From Eledone cirrhosa (taxonomy: Eukaryota), in assembly GCA_964016885.1 (NCBI GenBank), contig OZ024741.1:26474001-26538000 (forward strand): DNA of 64,000 nt, given 5' to 3'. Below, in pieces: positions 42,838 to 56,050 of the stretch. The notes under the pieces are model-generated. The model had not been told where the DNA came from, searched no databases, and saw nothing but the letters and a program-made list of their open reading frames with translations. The first letter of the stretch is position 1. Each line of letters starts with the position of its first letter. Position numbers and translations under genes: made by a program.

Positions 42838-43404
42838 CGACACAGCTAGAGACTTATAGAATACTTAGCTGTGTACAGGAACTGGTTTGATAGAGCGGTA
42901 GCCGGTCCGGCAGAAATTAGAATTTGGATTTAATGCTCTGAAATAGCGATATATATGTGAAGACAAACATAGAATATTCGAAAATATTCTGTATGTTTAT
43001 AATAAACATTTTGAAGACCCAATCGCTATAGAATAGAATACGTCACGTATTACAATTTGAGATTCTCGATAAAAGTAAGGGAAGTAATCTACGCGTTTCC
43101 AAAATGTTTATTATAAACATACAGAATATTTTCGAATATTCTATGTTTGTCTTCACATATATATCGCTATTTCAGAGCATTAAATCCAAATTTTAATTTA
43201 TATATATATATATATATATACATATATATACATATATATATATATATACATATATATATACATATATATATATATATAATGTAGGAGGTGAGTTTTATTG
43301 TAGTACAATAAAGCAATGCAGATATCGGATAAGAAGCACTCTACAGTTTGTAGGACTGGAGTATACATAATATAAGATCAAAAGATGGTTAAAGGAGTTC
43401 CATG

Positions 43405-43475
43405 TATTTTATTATGCGCATTTCAAAAACAAACATCATCATGCAATAATATTTGTGTTTTCATCAGATAAAACA
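43405..43475 (-). ncRNA. Type I hammerhead ribozyme
   Basis: UGUUUUAU-CUGAUGA-36-nt stem II-GAAA-UGCGCA-UA/AUAAAAUA; palindromic stem III. Confidence 0.8.
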
Positions 43476-43645
43476 GGAGAACATGATATGAAGGCTAAAA
43501 AACACTTGTGGATAGTGCAGTTTTAAATCAACATATGTTGATTTAAAACTGCACTATCCACAAGTGTTTTTTAGCCTTCATATCATGTTCTCCTGTTTTA
43601 TCTGATGAAAACACAAATATTATTGCATGATGATGTTTGTTTTTG

Positions 43646-43686
<41 letters not shown>

Positions 43687-43688
43687 TA

Positions 43689-43820
<132 letters not shown>

Positions 43821-43833
43821 CATATATATACAC

Positions 43834-43944
<111 letters not shown>

Positions 43945-44337
43945 CATATATATACATATACATATATATTCCTAACGATCGACTTTCGTCAAATCGGACC
44001 GAGGAAACAGTGTTTCCATTGGTCTTTCCAATTGCTAATACTATCTATCGGTCGCAACTCCAGGTAGAAGGAGCAACGTGAAATAAAGTGCCTTGCTCAA
44101 GGACATAACGCATCGCCCGGTCCAGGAATCGAACTCACAACCTCACGATTGCGAATCCATTTCTCTAACCACCCAGCCACACGCCTTCACATATATATAT
44201 ATATATATATACATATATATAATATATATATATATACATATATATAATATATATATATATACACATATATAATATATATATATATATACATATATAATAT
44301 ATATATATATATACATATATATAATATATATATATAT

Positions 44338-44388
<51 letters not shown>

Positions 44389-44392
44389 TATA

Positions 44393-44444
<52 letters not shown>

Positions 44445-44593
44445 ATATATATATATATACATATATATAATATATATATATACATATATATACATATATA
44501 AACATATATATATACATATATATATATATACATATATATACATATACATATATATACATATATATACATATATATACATATATATATATATAC

Positions 44594-44624
<31 letters not shown>

Positions 44625-44829
44625 CATATATATACATATATATACATATATATACATATATATACATATATATACATATATATACATATACATACATATA
44701 CATACATATACATACATATACATACATATACATACATATATATATATATATACATATATATACATATATATATATATATATACATATATATACATATACA
44801 TACATATACATATATATACATATATATAC

Positions 44830-44861
<32 letters not shown>

Positions 44862-44917
44862 ACATATACATATATATATATATACATATATATACATATA
44901 CATATATATACATATAC

Positions 44918-44972
<55 letters not shown>

Positions 44973-44987
44973 TATACATATATATAC

Positions 44988-45028
<41 letters not shown>

Positions 45029-45045
45029 TATATACATATATATAC

Positions 45046-45086
<41 letters not shown>

Positions 45087-45117
45087 TATATACATATATA
45101 TATACATATATATATAC

Positions 45118-45164
<47 letters not shown>

Positions 45165-45241
45165 TATACATATATATACATATATATACATATATATACA
45201 TATATATACATATATATATATATACATATATATATATATTA

Positions 45242-45294
<53 letters not shown>

Positions 45295-45419
45295 ATATAC
45301 ATATACATATATCATTTCATCATGATCATTTCATTTTACGTCCGCTTTTTCCCTGCTTGCATATATATATATACATATATATATATATACATATACATAT
45401 ACATATATATACATATACA

Positions 45420-45477
<58 letters not shown>

Positions 45478-45494
45478 CATATATATACATATAC

Positions 45495-45601
<107 letters not shown>

Positions 45602-45625
45602 CATATATATATACATATATATTAC

Positions 45626-45656
<31 letters not shown>

Positions 45657-46796
45657 CATATATACATATATATCGTCTAACCCATGCTAGCGTGGAAGAA
45701 CGGATGTAAAACGGTGATGATGATGATGATGATGATATATATATATACATATATATATATACATATATACATATATATATATACATACATATACATACAT
45801 ATTTTACTCTTGATTGGCCAGAGGTGTTTATTTCAAGGTACCTTATAAATTTGACTTTCCGTATTTATTACTGTTGTGCGATATTGTCGTTTTTATTGGT
45901 TGTAACTTCTCTGTTTTTTAGCCTAAGAAAATATATATATGCCTATGTATATAATTACATGCATACATTTATTTTTTTTAATTAATTGAGTTCTTTACAT
46001 GTGGAATTGATACTAGTCTTGAAATAACTAATTAACCCGCGTGTATTTTATATTTTACTCTTAATTCGGCCGGAGATTTACATTCCCATTTGCCCTTTAA
46101 AGCATAACTTTCCGTATTTACTACGGTTACGAGATGCGGTTTCTTATTCAGGTACAACCTCTGATTTTAGCCTAAGAAAATATCTATATGCGTGTGTAAT
46201 TTATACACGCATATATTTATTTTTTTAATTTCAAATGAGTTCTTAACACGTTGGATTGATAATATTTTCGAAAAAACTGATTAACCCGCGTGTATATTAT
46301 TATTTTTTTTCCTCCTTTCGTGGATCGTAGTTGTCTCCCCTTCCCGCTTAGTGGCGCTATAATACTTCCTCAGTCAAAAACTGCTGGAATTTCAAATTTG
46401 CCGGTCATTCGATGCGGGAAGGAGCAACTTAACAGACACGATTTTTAACTGTGGTAAGAAATGTTTTTCTTATATCAAAGTTTAATGGGCTTCCACTGAT
46501 GATTTATAAGCACCCACCTAAATATATTCTTACATGAATGTATATTAGGCTTCTACATAAACTGGAAATATTCTCCGAATTTGTAGAAAACTTATAATGA
46601 AACAATTGTTTGGAAAGAGAGATGTATTTTAACTTTAATTATATCTCATAAAATAATACAACTGGCTTTTCCACATAATACATATTGTTAGCACCCCAAA
46701 CACTTAAATTGGGTTTATATTAAAATATAACCTAATGTTTGTTGAGTGAGATGGTTACCAGTCAGAGATTAGCTTTAAACTATCTCTGTTATTGTA

Positions 46797-46846
<50 letters not shown>

Positions 46847-46859
46847 GTATATATATATA

Positions 46860-49850
46860 TGTAAATTAATAAAAATAATGAATAAACAAAGAAACAGTTC
46901 CTTATATTAAAAAATTCATTTTACGATCGTTTCTAGGATATATAGGTTAGTGTTGGTATGAATATCATATAGATCTATGTAAAATTTTTACAAACTATCA
47001 GAAGGAATATACATACCTACACATATATATGCTGTCTTCAGAAATAATGATATTTGTTTATTGAAAAAAACCAACAAAGATTTAATACAATAGGTCTGTT
47101 TGGGAACAGGTTTTGAATTGACCAATAGAAAGATAGTGAAGGTCAAGATGGTAAAATAGTAGTAATAGAGCCTTAATTTAGGGGTAGAGGAAGGTAGATT
47201 TCAGTTTTGGATGGAAAGAATATTATGAATGAAAGATTATTTTAGGGATGAAGATAGGTCATATGCTGTCTTCAGAAATAATTATATTTGTTCATTGAAT
47301 AAAACCAACAAAGATTTAATATAATAGGTCTGTTTGGGAACAGGTTTTGAATTGACCAGTAGAAAGGTAATAACTGGCCAAATAGTATAATAGTAGTAAT
47401 GGAACTTTAATTTAGGGGTAGAAGAAGGCAGATTTCAGTTTTGAATGGAAGGAGTATGATGAATGAAAAGGTTATTTTAGGGGTGAAAATAGGTCAGGTC
47501 GGTAAAAGGTACACGAAAAATTGCTGTTATAAAAGAATAATGCCATTGTAAATATCTAAGGAGACTAAAATTTTACGATAAAAGTGTTAGTGAAAAAAAT
47601 ATATGGAATTCACATCTATGAAAAGAAAAGAAATTAATTAAATTGATAGGTATATTTATATTGATAAAATTATATTAATGCATATAGATATGATAAATAA
47701 GAGTTAGATGTAATTGAAGAGTGCTGTTAAAAACGAGGGGAAATAAAAAAAATATATATAATTATTGGGGGAGGGGGGGGGGGGGTTAAAATTATTAGTG
47801 AGAAATAACAAATATATAGAGATTACAAGGAACATAGAATCATAACCTGAAATTAAAACAGTATATATGTATACTTAATGGTATCAATTTTAGGAAAAGA
47901 TAGTTGTAAAAGGGAGATAAAATTATGTAGTTCATCAGTAGTAGAATATTAATTATAGGTTAACTAAATTAAAAACAATGTTATTATAATAATTTCTAAA
48001 GTGTATATTAATTAGATTTATAATATTTAAAGGTTTTTCTCAACTTATGATTACACGATATTATTAATTCTTGTCGCTTATTTAATAGGATATCTTTAGA
48101 TTTCATTATTTCGAAAAGTTCTTGGGAACACAATCTACATTCATATCTATTATTTTGATAAGGGGTGGCCCTTTTGAGCACACTCCAGGTCAGGTCATAA
48201 TCTATATTCCTCTTTCTATAATTATTAATTATTTTAGCTAAAGATGTTGTATTAGCTAATGCGGCATTTTTAAAACTGTGTTTGTGGGTATTAAATCTTA
48301 CTTTAAATTGGTTAGAGGTAGCCCCTATATATGAATAAATTGAGTCCTTAGTGTTAACTTTACATTTATATACTATGTTATTAACAAGGCAATTTCCTTT
48401 GTTTCTACAGTTACAACTTTTCGTGAATCCTGTATCAGAGGAGATATTATGGTTAGTTTGATGTATTGGTGGTATACTCATGGTTTTTTTACATTTATAT
48501 GCATTATAGGCACTTATATTTTGTTTTATGTTTTTGGTTGTTGAGTAGGAGAATTTAACCGTTGATCTAATTTGATGGTATTTGTGGTTTGGCGGCAAGT
48601 TCTTTTCTAGGATAGTAAAATTTTTTTTAGGTATATTATCTTTAATTTGTAAATTAAATGGAGCATTATACCAAGTAACTCGTCTATTACGGTTTCGATG
48701 TTGTTTATTATTTTTATAGGATGTATCCTGATGTTTATTAAGATAATTATTGTTAATGACTTCACCACACACATTTTTAGTTAGATTCATTGATTTAGGT
48801 GTTTTAGCTTGTTTATTAGGAGTTTTATTATTAACATTTATTAGAGTAGTAGGATGAATAGTTTTTTGAGAGTTACTATATTGTATATTAGAAGAGTTAG
48901 AGAAATTTAGTTTTATGTTGGTATTTTTGGGTATAGTGTGAGTGGCATTTAGGTGTGTATGTTTCATTTGGTGTTTGTTGGTAATATTAGGTTGTATGTT
49001 TGTAGTGTTATTGGTACAAGGTATATATACTAATTTATTTTTGTGGCCACTTCTAGCTAAAGCTTCGTTATAAAAGGTCGCATTTTTATCAAATACATCC
49101 TGGTTAGACAAAAGGTTAGAAATTCTGAGTGAGATATAAGCTAGGTTTTTAAGGATAGATTTAGGGTGATTAGATTGTGAGTGTATGTAATGTAAGTTTT
49201 GGTTAGGTTTCTGGTAAGGTTGGTAGATACCCGTAGATAAGTCTAATGTTATATAAAGGAAATTAACTACTTTACTTGTGTTTTCAAATGTAGTATCTAG
49301 ACTATAATAGTCTTTGAGGAAAGTTCTAATAAGTTTTTTATTTTTTTCAATCTCTGAAAGGCTAAGGTTATTGGAAAGAAGAAGACAGTCGTCACGATAT
49401 AAACCACCTATAAGGTGGGGAAAGGAAGCATTTATGTTAAAAAGAAGAAAGAGGCCCACAAGATTAGTAATTTGGGCAGAATCACTTGAGCCCATAGTAA
49501 TGTCGAATAGATTACTATATGTGTTTCTGGTCCAGTATTCATTTTGAAATTCCAGTAGTGTTTGTCTAGCATGACAATATAGATCTATGTAAAAATTTTA
49601 CATAGATCTATATGATATGCATACCAACACTAACATATATATCCTAGAAACGATCGTAAAAGGATGAATTTTTTAATATAAGGAACTGTTTCTTTGTTAA
49701 TTCATTATTTTTATTAATTTATCTTGACTCTGTTTTCCTGTATTTTTCATCTAAAAAAATTTTAGAATACATCTCTTTTCATGATATTCGGATTACATTG
49801 AGTTCTTCATACGGATTGGACGCTACCGTACATTTTGGTAGATTTATCTA
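46860..49850 (-). mobile_element. Penelope-like element 1 (Naiad-like), 5'-truncated: RT C-half + GIY-YIG, with inverted 3'-end copy at its 5' junction
   Basis: FDITMGS, LYRDD, WYNAPF, CNCR, NIVYKC..YIGAT..FKVR, CRLC..E, LLNKRQE..SCNH in 48008-49570; 49601-49721 is the reverse complement of 46862-46979. Confidence 0.9.
46916..47050 (-). ncRNA. Hammerhead motif with ~101-nt stem II in PLE 1 3' end
   Basis: AUUU-CUGAAGA(47041-47035)...GAAA(46933-46930)-CGAUCG-UA/AAAU. Confidence 0.65.
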
Positions 49851-49854
49851 TATA

Positions 49855-49906
<52 letters not shown>

Positions 49907-49980
49907 TATATATATGTATATATGTATATATATATATATATAAGTATATATATGTATATAAGCCATATATATGTATATAA

Positions 49981-51020
49981 GCCATAACAGAGGAGTTTAA
50001 GACTGGCTGTCCATGGGAACTTCTCTACGCTGACGATCTGGTTCTTATAGCAGAATCACTAGAGGAGCTAGAGAATAAATTCTGGCTATGGAAACAGCAG
50101 TTGGAAGCAAGAGGACTGAGAGTGAATCTAGCTAAGACAAAAGCGTTGATGAGTAGAAAAGAGGACAAAACCCTGATTCCGTCAGGGAAATGGCCATGTT
50201 CGATATGCAGAAAAGGAACTGGCATAAATTCTATAAAATGCACACAATACAGATCCTGGGTACACAAAAGATGTAGCGGGATAGCAGGCAAACTAACAGG
50301 TAGGGAGAAATATGTATGCAGTAGATGTACAGGGAAATTAGACAATAGAAGTCGCACTGATAGACACATTTTTCAAATGCAAGAGGGCGCTATAGAAGTG
50401 GTGGATAGCTTCCTGTACCTAGGGGATCAGATTAGCGTGGGAGGAGGGTGTTCCGAGGCCATAGTATCTAGAATAAGGACGGGTTGGAAAAAGTTTAGGG
50501 AGCTGCTTCCTCTGTTGACGAAGAAGGGTTTCTCCCTGCGAACGAAAGGCCGGTTGTATGATGCCTGTGTGAGGAGCGCGATGCTGCATGGTAGTGAGAC
50601 ATGGGCAGCAACTGCAGAGGATATGCGACGGCTGGAGAGAAATGAGGCAAGCATGCTCCGTTGGATGTGCAGTGTAAATGTGCGTGAACGACCCAGCATA
50701 AATGTGTTGAGAGAGAAACTGTGTCTGAGAGGGATAGAATGTAGTGTACAGGAGAGGAGACTGAGGTGGTATGGACATGTGATGCGCATGGAGGATGACC
50801 GATGGGTGAAGAAGTGCCAGAAATTGCCAGTTGAAGGAAGACGTGGTAGAGGTAGACCACGAAAAACATGGGCGGAGGTGGTGAGAACAGACCTCAGATC
50901 ATTGAAGCTCACGGTGGAGATGACGAGGGACCGTGACGAGTGGAGAGATGCTGTGCTGAATAAGACCCCCGTCCCACACTTGCTAGCAGGGAAAAGCGGA
51001 CGTAAAATGATGATGATGAT
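49981..51020 (+). mobile_element. Related RTE-like LINE 3' part (second subfamily)
   Basis: [39 protein letters not shown]; ends GCAGGGAAAAGCGGACGTAAA(ATG)n. Confidence 0.92.
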
Positions 51021-51493
51021 ACATATATATGTATATGTACATAAATATGTATATATACATAAATATGTATATATAAATATGTATATATACATAAATATGT
51101 ATATATACATAAATATGTATATATACATAAATATGTATATATACATAAATATGTATATATACATAAATATGTATATATACATAAATATGTATATATACAT
51201 AAATATGTATATATACATATATATATGTATATATACATATATATATGTATATATACATATATATATGTATATATACATATATATATACATATATATACAT
51301 ATATATATATACATATATATATACATATATATATACATATATATATGTATATATACATATATATGTATATATACATATATATACAAAGGATCACATATCG
51401 AATCAGAGTGCTCAACAGATGTGTTAAAATAAACAAGAGCTATTCATCAGTCAATAAGATCAACAAAAAAAATCAATAAAATTAACTGATCAT

Positions 51494-51530
<37 letters not shown>

Positions 51531-51531
51531 G

Positions 51532-51622
<91 letters not shown>

Positions 51623-52055
51623 GTATGTATGTATATATATATATATATGGGAGAGATGACCCCTTAGCCTTTGTCAAGGCAGAATTCTAGGAGAAGGAAA
51701 ACTCTGATATAACACCTGCAACTCTGATGGTATCCAATGATGTTGACGTGTTCTTCTTTTTGGTAAATATCATCTTGGTTAAGAGAGTGGGACTGGCTTT
51801 GTGCAGTGCCTTTGCTCACTATAAAAGCTTCACGGCACAGGCATTGCTTTATATCTGGAGATCTCCCTGCATTTGTCGTCACATGATACCATGGGCCCAG
51901 CACTAAGTGTCAATAATTGTCACAAGTGTAGTGTTTGTACCAGAGTTTTCAAGTCGCTGGCTGGACTAAAAAGTCACACTCGTTCAGCGCATCGGTAGGG
52001 GTTCTCCTACATGGATATAAAGTAGTGGCCATACTCGAAAACGAGTTGGCAGCCA

Positions 52056-52088
<33 letters not shown>

Positions 52089-52093
<5 letters not shown>

Positions 52094-52947
52094 TATTTTC
52101 CGTTGTGTTGTAATATAAATATTACACACAGTAGATTATCAGCTCACGTAGAGTTTGCTCGACGGTTCCAGTTGTAGTTGCAAAAGTAATCCGGAGAAAA
52201 ATAGAAAGATTTGAATGGATACAGTTTAGTTGAAAGGAATTTATTGACACGTGTTTCTATAACAGTTACATAACCTAAAACAGCTATCTACAAACTTTTA
52301 GTTATGCAGACATTCAATATTTCAATGTTATTATTTACTGTCATTTCATCAGAATAATATTACTGAGGACCTATTTAGTTTTTATAGAGAATATTAGGAG
52401 GGAGGGGTGAAGTTGTTAGAAGAATAGTTGAAGGAGTGGTTTTTCGATAGCAGTGAGAATTCTTGGTGGCAGTGAGTAATTAGATTCCCATCTGTTGTTT
52501 TGACATTTTTTATAGAATATATTATTGGTTATTTTTCTAAATCTATAGAAGGATTAGAGATAGTAAAGATATGCGTGGTTGGTTTTGTGTTTGCACTTAA
52601 TTAACATTCAGACTTAAATTTTTCTTTCAAGTGTACGTATCCTTTCACCCACGCATTCACACACAAATATATTTGCACACCTCTACAAAATACATATACT
52701 CACAATTCACATATTCATACTTACATATATATACACATGCATACACATATATATACACACATGTATTCATATACATACATACGCGCTCATGTGTATACAT
52801 TTTCATACTCGACTTATCTTTATATACACACGTATAGACACACTCATATATACATACATACTCTAGTCCATGTGTACACACATACACATACTTACACATC
52901 CATATACACATATATACATACATATATATATATATATACATACATAT

Positions 52948-52990
<43 letters not shown>

Positions 52991-55008
52991 CATATATACA
53001 TACACATACATATACACACATATACATACATATATATATATAAGCACTTTAATACATGAATACACTTACATCTAACTATACACATCAAACATATATATAT
53101 ATTTACTTATTTATATACATTTTCACATATATATACATACTTATGGACGTTTTTAGACACATTCATTATCGCATATTTGTACCTATTCTCATCAGCATAT
53201 CTTTTCATTATTAGTATGGTAATTTAAGGTTATTAATATATGTTGAGAAGAGATTGTTTTTATATTTTTCTAACTAGATTAAGGTTTATATAGTTGGGGG
53301 ATGTCCCTCTTTTATGTAATATTCAGCTTGTAGTGGGAAAAAAGGGTTTTAGTTCTGTGACGGCAGAATAATGTTCGTTCGATTCTGTTATTCAGCAGTT
53401 TCTTCTTGTGTGTGATTATGTAATAAATCTCAAGATTACACAATTTGCAGAAATTTTGGCTCCTGGAAAAGCTTTGGGTTTTAGCTAATTTTTCCCATTT
53501 TAGGGTAAACTTTTGGTCGCTATCCCTGAGCGTCCAAGCTTTTTCTGCTAAAGTTGTTACATTTCTTTGGCTCTGGTGTTTTATTGAGTAAGAATGCCTA
53601 TACAATCGAGATTTAAACGATGTTGCCGTTGATCCCACGTAATACCACTCGTTGCCTCCGGATTTAATGGTACACTTATAAATAATATTTTTTTCCAGGC
53701 AGTTATTGCCGAGGGGGCAGTTGTCAGGATAGGTGCAGTTACAGTTGTGTACGTTGGGTTTTCTCTGGAGTAGTATTGCGGACGAACTTAGGTGTGGTTT
53801 ATTTATGTTCTGTAGTGTATTGTCTACTGTTTTTTTTGTGTTCTTTGTACTTAAGTTCTTAGTGTTTTCGTTTAACCTTCTAGTATTGATCTTTTTTATG
53901 TGTTGTTCAAGGTTTAACGCTGTAGAGTATGACAGTCTTATAGTGGTAGGGTTTAGGATTTTGTGGTATTTGTGTGATGTGGGAAAATGTCCTAACTATT
54001 TTAAAGAAGAGTACTGGTAAATTAGTACTAATGGAGCTATTGTATTCGGGGTTATACCATAAGTACTCTTTGCATCGCTTTCTATTAGTTTTGTTTGTTG
54101 GTTTACTGGTGTGCATACTATGGTAGTAAGTGTGGTTTGGTGTTGTGTTATTATATCTACCTATGTGGGATTTATTTTGGGTGTTTTGATTGTTCCCATC
54201 TATGTACTCTATTTTGTTGAGGTAGCCTGCTTTACTAAGGGCGTTATCGTAGTACTCGGCGTGTTCCTTAAATACTTGTATGTTAGAAGATAGACTCGAG
54301 ATTCTAAGGGAAATATTTTTAGGGATAGATTTAATTATAGAGATGGGGTGGTTAGACCCAACATTTACGTATTTGAGATTTTCATTCAATTTATGAAACG
54401 GTTTAATCAAACCAGAGTTTAAATTGAGTGTGACATCCAGGAAGTTAACTACTTTAAGGTTGTATTCATATGTTATAGTTAGTCCTATTTCGAGTAGTAG
54501 TTTTCTTATATCTTTGCGTAGTTTTTCTAGTTTTTGGTTATTAAGGTTTTTAGCTAGGAGGAGAACATCGTCGCGGTATATTCCGCCGTGGAGATTGCTG
54601 AATTTTTCCTGGAGTCTAAAGGCGATAAATAACCCCACAATATCAGTTATTTCCGCCGAATCGTTAGAGCCCATTGTTATGTCAAAGTTAGAGGGTCTAT
54701 CTTTACGTACTCAATAACTGTTCTCAAATTTGACTATAGTTTTCCTAGCTTCTAATATAATCTTAATTTCATCGTTTGTAAGGTCAGAGTTATCCTTAGC
54801 AAACTTAATGGCTCTATTCAAAGTTTCAGGTGATATCGATGAGTAATATTCATCGATATCAAACTGGATAAACTTAGATTTATTCTTATTGCTAATGCTA
54901 TTAAACCATCTTATTAATTCTTGGGTCTTCCCCCAGAGTTTAATGTTAACCTTAGCCTTAATTTGGGGGATGATTCTATCTAAGATATATTTGCTTATTT
55001 TACCTATA
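52089..55008 (-). mobile_element. Penelope-like element 2 (Naiad-like), 5'-truncated and disrupted
   Basis: QFDIDEYYSSI, FDITMGSNDSAE, IYRDD, NFLDVT, SNHP, WYNPEY, YVGST..FKSR, CKLCNLE, LLNNR..CRH; one in-frame stop and a frameshift near 53990. Confidence 0.9.
52241..52357 (-). ncRNA. Hammerhead motif with ~88-nt stem II in PLE 2 3' end
   Basis: UUAUU-CUGAUGA-AAUGACAGU...ACUGUUAUA-GAAA-CACGUG-UC/AAUAA. Confidence 0.75.
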
Positions 55009-55320
55009 TCTACGTGAGCTGATAATCTACTGTGTGTAATATTTATATTACAACACAACGGAAAATACTGTATATTTACCTCCTGTAAAGTCGAGCAACC
55101 CACACAGCAAACGCAACCACAACAATGGAAAAACACTACCTGGATATGTCACTCAAAAACATACCAACCCAAGGTAGAAAGGAATATTTATTGAGCATGA
55201 TTAAAAAAACTAATGAATTCATTCGACGTGTCAGGTGGAAAACGCTCCACTATGATAGAAGCCGTATGAACTCAACATTAGAAAGTGGTGTAAACAACAA
55301 ATTCGGTTTTAGGACGTGTA
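55009..55320 (+). mobile_element. Inverted fragment of Penelope-like element 2: terminal pLTR sequence running into an ORF N-terminus
   Basis: 55009-55072 is the reverse complement of 52089-52152, followed by MEKHYLDMSLKNIPTQGRKEY..FIRRVRWK, resembling PLE ORF starts (SLKNIP..RWK). Confidence 0.78.
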
Positions 55321-55584
55321 GGCGCCACGAAAAAGCACCCAGCACTCACTGTAAATGAGGTTGGTGTTAGGAAGGGCATGCAGCTGTAGAAATCAAGCCA
55401 GATCAGTTCCTGTATGAGCAAGGCATGGTCAGCCGACCAGACACTGCCCACAACAGGACAACCCGTCTAACCCATGCTAGCGTGGAAGAACGGACGTAAA
55501 ACGGTGATGATGATGATGATGATGACATATATATATATACATATATATATACATATATATACATATATACATATATATATATAA

Positions 55585-55619
<35 letters not shown>

Positions 55620-55679
55620 TGTATATATATATGTATGTATATATATATATGTATGTATATATATGTATATATATATATG

Positions 55680-55713
<34 letters not shown>

Positions 55714-55720
55714 CATATAT

Positions 55721-55770
<50 letters not shown>

Positions 55771-55799
55771 GTATGTATATATATATGTATATATATATG

Positions 55800-55880
<81 letters not shown>

Positions 55881-55950
55881 GTATGTATATATATATGTAT
55901 GTATATATATATATGTATACATATATATATATACATATATATATGTATAC

Positions 55951-56031
<81 letters not shown>

Positions 56032-56050
56032 CATATACATATATATATAT

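Noticed and set aside
54711-54713. In-frame TGA in PLE 2 as possible selenocysteine (reported for some Naiad PLEs)
   Set aside because: It aligns to Trp in PLE 1 (NEYWTR vs NSY*VR), so it is most simply a TGG>TGA nonsense change; the copy also has a frameshift.
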